Below are positions 42,345-55,262 of a stretch of DNA of 64,000 nt, piece after piece. The notes below the pieces were generated by a model. It was not told the DNA's origin. It saw only the letters and a program-made list of their open reading frames with translations, and ran no database searches. The DNA comes from Macrostomum lignano. Lineage: Eukaryota. How positions within the stretch are numbered: position 1 is the stretch's first letter; every line of letters begins with the position of its first letter. The translations under genes were made by a program, and so were the position numbers. The stretch covers positions 620,001 to 684,000 of the forward strand of contig NIVC01000180.1 of the NCBI GenBank assembly GCA_002269645.1, in the 5' to 3' direction.

Positions 42345-45021
42345 ATGGCACAAAAGCAACAACACAATAACTCTTTCAAAGCAGCAACTCTTCCAAAAGC
42401 AACAAGACAACTCTTCCAAAAGCAACAACACAACTCTTCCAAAGCAACAACACAACTCTTCCAAAAGCAACAACACAACTCTTCCAAAAGCAACAACACA
42501 ATAACTCTTTCAAAGCAGCAACTCTTCCAAAAGCAACAACACAACTCCTCCAAAAGCAACAACACAACTCTTCCAAAAGCAACAACACAACTCTTCCAAA
42601 GCAAAAACACAACTCTTCCAAAAGCAACAACACAACTCTTCCAAAAGCAACAACACAACTCTTCCAAAGCAACAACACAACTCTTCCGAAGCAACAATAC
42701 AACTCTTCCAAAGCAACAATACAACTCTTCCAAAAGCAACAACACAAAAACTCTTTCAAAGCAGCAACTCTTCCAAAAGCAACAACACAACTCTTCCAAA
42801 AGCAACAACACAAAAACTCTTTCAAAGCAGCAACTCTTCCAAAAGCAACAAGACAACTCTTCCAAAAGCAACAACACAACTCTCCAAAAGCAACAACACA
42901 ATTCTTCCAAAAGCAACAACACAACTCTTCCAAAGCAACAATACAACTCTTCCAAAAGCAACAACACAACTCTTCCAAAAGCAACAACACAACTCTTCCA
43001 AAAGCAACAACTCTTCCAAAAGCAACAACACAACTCTTCCAAAAGCAACAACACAATAACTCTTTCAAAGCAGCAACTCTTCCAAAAGCAACAACACAAC
43101 TCTTCTAAAGCAACAACACAACTCTTCCGAAGCAACAATACAACTCTTCCAAAGCAACAATACAACTCTTCCAAAGCAACAACACAACTCTTCCAAAGCA
43201 ACAATACAACTCTTCCAAAAGCAACAACTCTTCCAAAAGCAACAACTCTTCCAAAAGCAACAACACAACTCTTCCAAAAGCAACAACACAACTCTTCCAA
43301 AAGCAACAACACAACTCTTCCAAAGCAACAACACAACTCTTCCGAAGCAACAATACAACTCTTCCAAAGCAACAATACAACTCTTCCAAAAGCAACAACT
43401 CTTCCAAAAGCAACAACTCTTCCAAAAGCAACAACACAACTCTTCCAAAAGCAACAACTCTTCCAAAAGCAACAACACAACTCTTCCAAAAGCAACAACA
43501 CAATAACTCTTTCAAAGCAGCAACTCTTCCAAAAGCAACAACTCTTCCAAAAGCAACAACACAACTCTTCCAAAAGCAACAACACAATTCTTCCAAAAGC
43601 AACAACACAACTCTTCCAAAGCAACAACACAACTCTTCCAAAAGCAACAACACAACTCTTCCAAAGCAACAACACAACTCTTCCGAAGCAACAATACAAC
43701 TCTTCCAAAGCAACAATACAACTCTTCCAAAAGCAACAACACAAAAACTCTTTCAAAGCAGCAACTCTTCCAAAAGCAACAACACAACTCTTCCAAAAGC
43801 AACAACACAAAAACTCTTTCAAAGCAGCAACTCTTCCAAAAGCAACAAGACAACTCTTCCAAAAGCAACAACACAACTCTCCAAAAGCAACAACACAATT
43901 CTTCCAAAAGCAACAACACAACTCTTCCAAAGCAACAATACAACTCTTCCAAAAGCAACAACACAACTCTTCCAAAAGCAACAACACAACTCTTCCAAAA
44001 GCAACAACTCTTCCAAAAGCAACAACACAACTCTTCCAAAAGCAACAACACAATAACTCTTTCAAAGCAGCAACTCTTCCAAAAGCAACAACACAACTCT
44101 TCTAAAGCAACAACACAACTCTTCCGAAGCAACAATACAACTCTTCCAAAGCAACAATACAACTCTTCCAAAGCAACAACACAACTCTTCCAAAGCAACA
44201 ATACAACTCTTCCAAAAGCAACAACTCTTCCAAAAGCAACAACACAACTCTTCCAAAAGCAACAACACAACTCTTCCAAAAGCAACAACTCTTCCAAAAG
44301 CAACAACACAACTCTTCCAAAAGCAACAACACAATAACTCTTTCAAAGCAGCAACTCTTCCAAAAGCAACAACACAACTCTTCTAAAGCAACAACACAAC
44401 TCTTCCGAAGCAACAATACAACTCTTCCAAAGCAACAACACAAATCTCCCAAAAGCAACAACACAACTCTTCCAAAAGCAACAACACAACTCTTCTAAAG
44501 CAACAACACAACTCTTCCGAAGCAACAATACAACTCTTCCAAAGCAACAATACAACTCTTCCAAAGCAACAACACAACTCTTCCAAAGCAACAATACAAC
44601 TCTTCCAAAAGCAACAACTCTTCCAAAAGCAACAACTCTTCCAAAAGCAACAACACAACTCTTCCAAAAGCAACAACACAACTCTTCCAAAAGCAACAAC
44701 ACAACTCTTCCAAAAGCAACAACACAACTCTTCCAAAAGCAACAACACAATAACTCTTTCAAAGCAGCAACTCTTCCAAAAGCAACAACTCTTCCAAAAG
44801 CAACAACACAACTCTTCCAAAAGCAACAAGACAACTCTTCCAAAAGCAACAACTCTTCCAAAAGCAACAACACAACTCTTCCAAAAGCAACAACTCTTCC
44901 AAAAGCAACAACACAACTCTTCCAAAAGCAACAAGACAACTCTTCCAAAAGCAAAAACACAAATCTCCCAAAAGCAACAACACAACTCTTCCAAAAGCAA
45001 CAACACAACTCTTCCAAAAGC
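42345..45021. repeat. Complex 18/22/23-bp satellite with ~1 kb internal duplication
   Basis: Unit CAAAAGCAACAACACAACTCTTC and shorter variants; a rare-variant block recurs at 42852 and 43849 (997 bp apart). Confidence 0.97.
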
Positions 45022-45794
45022 AGCGGTGCAGCAAAAGTAGACATGCACCTAACGAGCGCACAGTTAATTCAGATAGATATATAAAGTACATGTAGGAAGA
45101 ACTGCCACTTAATTCGCATTTGCCAGTTGTATACTAAGGAAAAACTTTGTTGCCTCGCCCGCAACACGGAGAGGACGGTCACTTGAAGAGCTGAAAAGGT
45201 GCAGCCGTATCGCTAATCGGGCCAGGTGACGTAGGCTCAGGGGCTGTTTAAAAACTTGCGTCATAAAACCCGGATGCACTGCTGCGTGCCGATCCCCAGG
45301 CCATGGAGTTCTAGATTCAGCATCTGGAAAGGAAATCTGTGATAATATTTGCTTGTTTCGCTTCATAATCAAACCTCTACGGAACAAAAGTCAGACAGGA
45401 TACAATCGAGCAAACTCTGCCCCGTTTAATCCCGTTGGTTATGTAAAAGGACGGAAAGTTCGAACTTCCAACTCCAAGCTTCGAACAGCAGAGCTTGGCT
45501 GGTAACTTTCCTATCCAGACACTCAAACTAGAGCTCCGTGGCGAGGGGGCCATAAAACACGTTAAGCTTTGTTAAAAGGTGGCCAGTAGCCAATGGGGTA
45601 CAAATCTAGCAATGCCAGCCCACCGCAGCACAATCGCCTTAGCCTTTGAAGGCTCGAACAATAAATTTCGATGTAGTAAACGGGTCAAACCGGAATGTCC
45701 CCTAGTGCATCGCCCCCTCAGAGCCGCGCGCCGCTATTCAGTCTCGGTACTTCAATTCCGCCTCAGTGTCACGCCCTGGCTGCGGGGATACAAG

Positions 45795-46352
45795 CGCCAG
45801 AGACACAAAGAGAGAGACAGCGGTCTCCAGTGAGACACATAGCCGTTAAGGGAGACACAACGGCCTCCTGGGAGACACAATGCCCTTAAGGGAGACACAA
45901 CGGCCTCCAGGGAGACACAACGGCCTCCAGGGAGACGCAATGGCCTCCCAGGGAGACACAACGGCCTCCTGAGAGACACAATGCCGTTAAGGGAGACACA
46001 ACGGCCTCCTGAGAGACACAATGCCGTTAAGGGAGACACAACGGCCTTCTGGGAGACAAAATGCCGTTAACGGAGACACAACAGCCTCCTGGGAGACACA
46101 ATGCCCTTAAGGGAGACACAAAAGCCTCTTGAGAGACACAAATGCCTCCTGGGAGAGACACATCGGGCTCCAGGGGACACAAAGGCATCCAGTGAGACAC
46201 AACGGCCTCCAGGGAGACACAAAGGCGTTCAGAGAGACACAACGGCCTTCAGGAGACACAACGGCCTCTTGGCAGACACAACGGCCTTCGGGGAGACACA
46301 ACGGCCTCCTGGCAGACACAACGGCCTTCAGTGAGACACAACGGCCTCCAGA
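45795..46352. repeat. 20-21 bp minisatellite, ~26 copies
   Basis: Core GGGAGACACAA followed by CGGCCTCC(T/A) or TGCCGTTAA. Confidence 0.94.
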
Positions 46353-46897
46353 AAGACATGAGCCACCAAGAATTTCACGAGAGCAACCAGGAGAGGCGCA
46401 AGTGCTAGAAATTTATTAAATGAATTTCGAGCGTATATATAAGTACTAGCAGATGTTACTAGTGTAAAAGCACTCGCTGCAGAGCTCAGAGAATAAATGG
46501 TTTTTCAAGTATGAGCCAACAAACATTTATTGGCTAAATAAGTTGCATTAATGTTCAAGTAGAAATAAAAATATTGAAAAAGCTTCAATTTTGCTATTCC
46601 AGTACTACCCATAACATTGTTGGCACAGTGCAAGCAGAATAGTTCAAATATTGAGCATGCAATACATGCCACTGCATACAGTATAGCTCCTAGCGCCGAA
46701 TGAGTGGAATGCAAAAAAGGCAGCTGTAAAAAACAATTATATATTATCAGCCTCGATGTAAAACTTGGAGTTCAATAGTGTTTCCGTAAATAGAAGTTAC
46801 TGCTGCTAAAAACTCTAAGAAACAAGAGATTCATATACTACTTGCAGTAAAAAGTCAGTTTCGGTCACAAAGATGATGCAGGCACACAGCGGGCCTC

Positions 46898-48554
<1,657 letters not shown>

Positions 48555-50180
48555 GGCTTTTCGAAATAAGAAAAAATAATGTGATATCGATGTGCACTGT
48601 TTGAAGAGAACAGAAGGGGAATACACGGCGGTTGTCGTACCTATTAATATTATAATTAAATGTCCGATTTATTTCAATTTAAAATGTAAACGACGCCAAA
48701 TTTGGTAAATAAAACAAATACTTTTGTGATTGCCTGCAAAAATAAACGAAGTGGAATATCAAAAAGAATTGTTGCTCGTAGTCGGTAAGTCTCACAAAGT
48801 CTTACAATCTTAAATTCAAGCTTCTCATTTTTCTGATAAGAGGAAGGAAATACCAGTTCCAAGTCTAAAATAATTACAAAGAAAACTTTGCAAAAGACCG
48901 AGGTTTGTCGCTTTTGCGCTGAGCGGAGCACCCAGCCTAAACTAATTGAGCAGCAGAGGCATAAAATTAATGCAGTCCTCATTGACCCATATGGTTTCAG
49001 AGAGCAAGATCGTTTAATTTTAACCAATGTTTGTACCGTAATGCCGTTGTAAAAATTTCTACACATGTTGAAAGTATGCGTAGAAAACGTACGTAAATAC
49101 AGTCTCGAATAACTAATTCGTAAATATAAAAGTTTGATTAAGGGCTCAAGCACTTCTCTCGAACAAAATACTAGAGTTTTTGCAGCGCAGATACTCACAT
49201 AACTCAAACACCAACTCTGAATCCCAAATCCCCACTACGCACGCCCCCGATTTGCTCAATCTGTTCAGACTCTGTGATGTCAAAAGGAGAAATCTCCAAG
49301 GGATCAGAGAATTAATTAACTAGAGATTTTCTACTGCCGCACTGATTCGTGCGTGGGTGTGAAAATTGGAGACGCCTTAATTGAAGTTTCACGGCCGGGC
49401 AGCCTTGAAGCAGAGCTGAAACTTTGGGCAACTGACCGAAGCGAATTCCCGTCCGAAAGCGATAGTCCTAATTGAAGATGCCAACAAACAACCTTGAATC
49501 TGCACTTACTGCTCAAAAGGCATCAATTGAATTTGTGCATAGATGAAGCAAAAAGATGAATTGCAAAAGCAGCAATCTCTTATCTGGCAACCCATTTCCT
49601 TCTTTATAAAATGGTAGCTCAACCCTGGACGGGCCAAGGCCATCCAATTAAGGACAAGTACAATTCAACCTACATGTACGGCAAACCTAATGGCAAGGCC
49701 GCTAACGCTGAGTATTGGCTCAGCAAACATCAAGCTGGCTGTGGTTGAAGTTTCTCTCTGAAGCGGTTTTCGACTGCCCTCAAAAGTATTTTAGCTCGTA
49801 ATTTGGCGCCTTGAAGCAGGCTGTCCTATTTGATGAAATCCACTGCTTCGCCTGCCTAAATATTTTTGTTAAAGCGTCAGAGTCAGATATCCCATCAATT
49901 TATGGCACTTTTTGTTCATATTTAGAGGTAGAGATGTGAACTAGCAGTGGCACTAATAGGGTTCTAGCTGTTTGTCGGGAGCCGGCCAGTACCAAACTAA
50001 CAAGGAAATCAAACTGACGGAAAATCCAGCTGTATTTTCTGGCTAATTAATTAATGCCGTCCCACCCCAAGTCTCCTCACCCTCCTGCCTCACTCGGTGG
50101 TCAATATTTAACCCAGGTGCAATCGGGATTTTCTACCATCCAATTCCAACTTTCGGCGTCAGTTCGCCACCGATTCTGCA

Positions 50181-53059
50181 ATGAAGCTGCTAACTTTAAG
50201 TTCCAGCGTCTCCCCGTCATCATCTGGCTGCACTGAGTGCCCAGTGGACATCGCCACCTTCCTTCCCGACAAACGGCTGTGGCTCGCCTTCATTAAATGC
50301 CTCTCGAACGATGATGTCGCCGACTTAAGGCTGTTTTCCAAGCGCGTCTACGATTGGAAAGCCTTCCTGAGAAGCCGCGATGTGAAGGGCCGGTGGGTCC
50401 CCGACACGGCAGACGTAGGAGCTGACTGCTACCTGATCCAGCAGCGGCTTCCCACCAACCCCTTCTTTGTGGCCATGTTTTACAATGCGCGCCGCTGCCT
50501 GCTGCTCATGCACGAGTCCGGTGTGGACTTTTCCCGCTTGACCGAGCACGGCCAGACCGCCTACCACATGCTGATGAGTGCCGTGAAGTTCATGCACCGA
50601 TCGGTTGCAATCACAACAGCAGCGTCGGACAGTTCGGCCGATGGCAGGAGCCTCTTGACGCTGTTCCATCACCGGCTGTTCACTCGGGAGCAGCAGAGCA
50701 GGATGCTCAGCAGGTTCTCAGACTCAGGCATGACTCCGTTCAGTTGGGGAGTGTACCTCGGGCTGAGCAACTATGTAGAGTACATTATGTACTATCATTC
50801 GCCAGATTGCATAATAAGCAGTGAGGCTGTGGGAATCAGCGAGTGCAATACTATTGACGTTTCAAACCATGTCGGTGAGGAACCCAGCTTCTTCACCAGC
50901 CCCATCTGCATCCTGCTGGACCTGTACGGAGAGGCGACCCTGCCTCAGCTGAAGGCTATCGGAATCTTTCGCAAAGGCTACATCTGGCGCCTCTGGGTCG
51001 AAGCCCTGTTCAATCGCAACTGGGTGTTTGCCTACATGTACCTAGCATCCGCAGCCGGCTTCACTGTGGCCTCAGTCGTGCTTTTTGGCTCGTCCAGCAG
51101 CGACTATCTGCGGGCTTGCTGTTACGGTAAACCCTACAACTACTATCCAATAGGACTGCTCACCGTGCTCGGCGCCTGGACCGTCATCATGGTCATCGGC
51201 CTGTGCTTCATAGCTGCCGGCATCATTCGGAAGGAGTACTATAGGTAGCGGCTTGAGCCAAGGGGATTGTAGCCTAATGGTTAGAGCCTCAGGACTTGAA
51301 GGTCGAGGGTTCGATTCCAGATCCCATTGGAACAATTTGTGTCCTTGAGCAAGATCATTTAAATCTGCATTGCTTCAGTTCACCAGTTCACCCAGCATTA
51401 GCTGGGGTAATGGAGGGTGTGTGTGGCGACCCCCATGCAGTCTTTGGACTGAACAGCCGTACGCAGCCTTCAGATGCGCCGCACAATAGCTGCGGCTGAG
51501 CCGTTGGTTGCACATCTGCCCATTAGGGCAGGTGTAATCAATTACCAGTATTATTACTACGAGCTATTATTACGAGCTACCAGTGTTACCTTGCAGGCTC
51601 TGGGCCTTACCCCTCAGTCTGCAGCTGGGTTGGATTCAGCTGCTTTCCACCAACGGGTGCTTCGCTGACCCCTGAGCCAGCGTCTGTTTAATAATAAAAA
51701 TAATAATACCAGTGTTATATTGTTAAGCAAGCAGTATTTTATTTCTGCGGCAAAACCGGACCTGCTAGTGACTCATTAAAAGCTCAATTAAGACACTGGC
51801 AGCCTTCTCAGAAGTGCAGCATCCTTGAGTGAGAAAGAAACAGAGAAAAGTGTAACCCTTCCGTCAGCAACGAAAGTCCCAACTAATTGGGAGAAGTAAA
51901 ACAGCAGATTCTGGGAATTTTAAAGCCTAAAAAACTTGAGTTTAGTTGGTAGGAAGAAACTATAAGAGCTAACTTCGTAAATATTGTATCTATAGGGAGA
52001 ACACACCCAGTCAAGGCTGTCTACATTCCTGTGTGAGTTTGTGCCTTTTCGTATGACTGCGTACGTATCTGTGCCGGTTGTGTGACAATGTCGCTTAAAG
52101 TGCTCCCTGGGTGCACGCAGCTCCTTCCTCTAAAAAATAGTCGCAGTATCTAATTTGCGGTTTGCTGTACTCTAACGAACCACCACAGGCACAAAGCCGG
52201 CTATCCCAAGTCCCCGCGACAGAACTACAGGGACCTGAGGGGCTGGCTGCTGCCAGGCGCTCTCGCCACACCTGTGTGCACTTTCCTGCTGTGGCTGTTC
52301 GTGTTTGTCGAGCAGAGCTGCTCAATGTTCGGCGAGTTCATTTACCCGGTGAGCAGCTGCTGCATAATCATGTTTCTCATGGCCAACGTGTTCTCCATGG
52401 TTTGCTTCATGCGCCTGTGTCCGCCTGTGACCACCCTGATGAGCAGCTTCTACAACAGTCTCGGCTCGTTCACAGCATTCATGCTGCTGTACCTGTTGAT
52501 GATGGCCATGTTTGCGCGCATGTTCCAATCAAGTTTTACTTTTTCGGCCACTGAGCTGAGCGGCAATGCGACTCTCGGCACGCGCCCCGACTCACTGACC
52601 GAGTTTTTCAAGGCCTTCTATCGAACGTTTCTCATTTCGCTAAACGTTCTGGAGACCGACAAGTTTTTGCCGGACTATAAAAACGTCGATCTGAATGCGA
52701 TGCACCTGCTGTTCGTCCTGTTCGTGCCGGTGCTGTCGATCAACTTTGTGATTGGCGTTCTGTCATCCGTGGTCAGCCAAGTCACTGAGCATGACGTTGA
52801 GAATCGCTACATCCTGATGCTGAACGTTGCCGAGTTCAGCGAGCGCACCTTCTTCTTCATCCGGATGCTGCGCAACAGGCTGTTTGGCAGGCAGCCAGTG
52901 CTGTTGGAGCTGCGCCAGGCTCTGGGCTCGGAGAGCAAGCTCATCGCTTTCAATGAGGACACCCTGGACTCGCTGACTGAGCCCAGTGTCGGTGGCAATG
53001 ACAAGCAAGCGAGCATGTCCTCAGGCGCCCATTTGGCTTCTGAAAGCTTGTGCAACTAG
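50181..53059 (+). CDS. Divergent TRPV5/6-like cation channel: F-box-like N-terminus, ankyrin repeats, 6 TM; exons 50181-51244 and 52189-53059; 644 aa (N-terminus may extend via an in-frame acceptor at 50161-50162)
   Basis: Ankyrin repeats (NPFFVAMFYN…GVDFSRLTEHGQTAYHML; GMTPF). Six hydrophobic segments, S4-S5 FMR motif, pore helix, and S6 LSINFVIGVLS followed by a TRPV-like …ERTF helix. Phase-2 intron AG|gtagcg…accacag|G. Confidence 0.85.
51262..51560 (+). mobile_element. tRNA-derived SINE (family B) with CORE-like central domain
   Basis: Box A TAGCCTAATGG and box B GGTTCGATTCC; GGGAT/ATCCC stem; central GTGTCCTTGAGCAAG resembling CORE GTGACCTTGGGCAAG; (TTA)-rich tail. Confidence 0.75.
51589..51706 (+). 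mobile_element. 118-bp retroposed 3' end (LINE tail or short SINE) with (TAA)n tail and 11-bp TSD
   Basis: TACCAGTGTTA at 51578-51588 and 51707-51717; the insert ends TTTAATAATAAAAATAATAA. Confidence 0.7.
52022..52138 (+). mobile_element. 5'-truncated family A SINE fragment
   Basis: Matches the 3' end of 53174-53531 (CCGGTTGTGTGACAATGTCGCTTAAAGTGC…GGGTGCAC…CCTCTAAAAAA). Confidence 0.85.
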
Positions 53060-53173
53060 CTCTGTAGTTCTCTGTGGACATGTGTAAAAGCATGCTGAAA
53101 ATCCTGCATAGCAAGTGAGGCATGCTGAAGTCGCTATCTGCAATTTTTTAACAACTGACTAACATCGAGCATA

Positions 53174-53531
53174 AAGGGGGCCGTAGCCCAGCGGTCTAGC
53201 GCAGGCTCTGGTGTGCCAGCGACCCAGGCTCGATTCCAAGTACAGTCACATTAATTTGGGGCTGAATTGGAATCTCGGCTTGGCTCTGCTCGTGCAATTA
53301 ACGGCCTTGAGAGCCAACCCCCCAAGGCGCAGTGAAGTGTACATGCCTAACGATAAAATAAAGTTAGGGCCGCTGTACACTCCTGTGCGAGTGTGTGCCT
53401 GCGTACGTATCCGCGCGCTTGTATGCCTGCTCAGGGGAGTTGGCGGAAGGGCAGTAATGCCTCTCGCCGGTTGTGTGCCTATGTCGCTTAAAGTGCGCCA
53501 GGGTGCACACAACCCCCCTGCCTCTAAAAAA
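53174..53531 (+). mobile_element. Full-length tRNA-derived SINE (family A), ~358 bp, with 14-bp TSD
   Basis: Box A TAGCCCAGCGG, box B GGCTCGATTCC, A-rich end; TSD TAACATCGAGCATA at 53160-53173 and 53532-53545. Confidence 0.92.
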
Positions 53532-54530
53532 TAACATCGAGCATATGCAGTTTTCATGTGAAGACTTTTCTCGTTGAGCCCTTTTAAATCGACTTTATTG
53601 AGAGCATGGGAGCTTTGGTAGACACAAGGACTACTTAACAACGTAGTCCTTGGGTAGACATTCCCGGTAGACACTCTCAGGCGCTCCTGTACTCAGAGCT
53701 CAAACTTTGCTGTCCAAAGGGCACTCAGTTTAGTTTGTCTGGTGGGCGTCAAACAGAACGGATTTGAGTTGATGCCTGAAAGTTTGCTCTGCGGGATTGT
53801 ATTGTCGGCTTCAAAGGATGACAGGTGTTACATTATTCATTGTTGTCAGTCAATCTGTTGTCGATGTTATTCCTGTCTTTTCTCATGCGGGATTTGTCGT
53901 GACTCGTGCAATTCACACTCAGTGCTGAGTGCTGATTGCCGCTAGTGCTGGTTTTAGAGGTTGTGATGTCGCCGAAGGCTTTGCGCCAGGGCGGCTGCAG
54001 CCTTTCTGAAAAAAATAATTTTTGTTATTACAAGCGTGGGCGGCTTTACAAGCTTGCTACCTAGGAAGTCAAAAAAATTTGAGTGGGATTCAAACAACAT
54101 TGCAACTCATTCTATTCAACATTCCGATTTCAATGGAAATTTCTTTTGCGTTTGAAGACTGCGGCATTTGTCGCAGGCTTAGAAGCCGAGCATTCGATCG
54201 GGAAAGTCACTCTCTGGAAGCAGTCAGTTGCTGCCGGCATTTTCAACCGCACGGCTGCAGCTCCCCCAGCTGGTATTTTTCGCAAAAATTCAAAATAAGG
54301 AACTGCTCTACTTAGCAACAAGAATTTCGTTTCAAATCTTTCTGTCGCATCCCTTGATGTTGTCTCTATTTTTTCCCATATTATGTCGACTGTTTAAACA
54401 AAATTTTAAAATTGTTTCTTTTGCAAACTTGTTCTCTAGGATGATTGCTCTCCATTGAGTCTTGGTTTGGAAGAAAAAAGAGAAATTATTTTCAGATTTT
54501 TCAGTGGGTACCGAATAGTGATCCTAATTC

Positions 54531-54672
54531 CCAGCCTAGCACCCAACCTATCACCCAGCCTAGCACCCAGCCTAGCACCCAGCCTAGCACCCAGCCTAGC
54601 ACCCAGCCTAGCACCCAACCTAGCACCCAGCCTAGCACCCAGCCTAGCACCCAACCTAGCACTCAGCCTAGC
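54531..54672. repeat. 12-bp minisatellite, ~12 copies
   Basis: Unit CCAGCCTAGCAC. Confidence 0.95.
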
Positions 54673-55262
54673 AGCAATCCCAACTGACTTTTAATAAAAA
54701 TCTTACACCGAGAAACTTCAGTAAAATGAGATATTTTAGCTGTGCAGCAAAAATTATTATCACCATTCGCTTGAAGATGCTGCGAAAAGCTCTAATGTTT
54801 TTAAATTATTTTCGAATTTATTTCTTATCAAGTTCTTGACTTGAGTTCAAGTTCGCCACTGAATTTTGCGAGCACTTCGCATGTAATTTTTTCTTTTAAA
54901 ACCTTAAGTGCTCAGCTCGCTTGCACGTCAAGGCATCCGCAGCTGAGAGATGTAAACAAGTTTTACAATGAGCGGGGGACACAGCAGGCAGGTGAGAGTG
55001 AGAATCAGATGCTTTGCTGTTGTCGGGAAGATTAGCGCAGCAATCACAGCATAAATTGCAAGTTATTGCCTGCAAGCTGAACCAAGGAATGGCAGGTGCA
55101 TGCAGCAGAAAGTTCTATTTTTCGCGATTGCTTTCTTTCTCTAGCTGTCGGACTAGAATTATAGAAATTACTAGTCAGGAAAATTACAGTTATAGTGCAA
55201 ATTTCAGTCACTATTGGCGCTCGGGTAGATTATTAGAACTTTTTGAAGAGCCAGGCGTCGCG

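Noticed and set aside
42263-45091. Many overlapping ORFs (QKQQHNSSK…, LLLLEELCCC…)
   Set aside because: Satellite translation artefacts in multiple frames.
51262-51325. tRNA gene calls at the SINE heads (also 53175-53240)
   Set aside because: The anticodon arm is incomplete and the sequence continues into SINE bodies with tails/TSD.
54436-54694. (QPST)n / (LAPS)n / (GARL)n ORFs
   Set aside because: 12-bp minisatellite open in several frames, with no supporting gene context.
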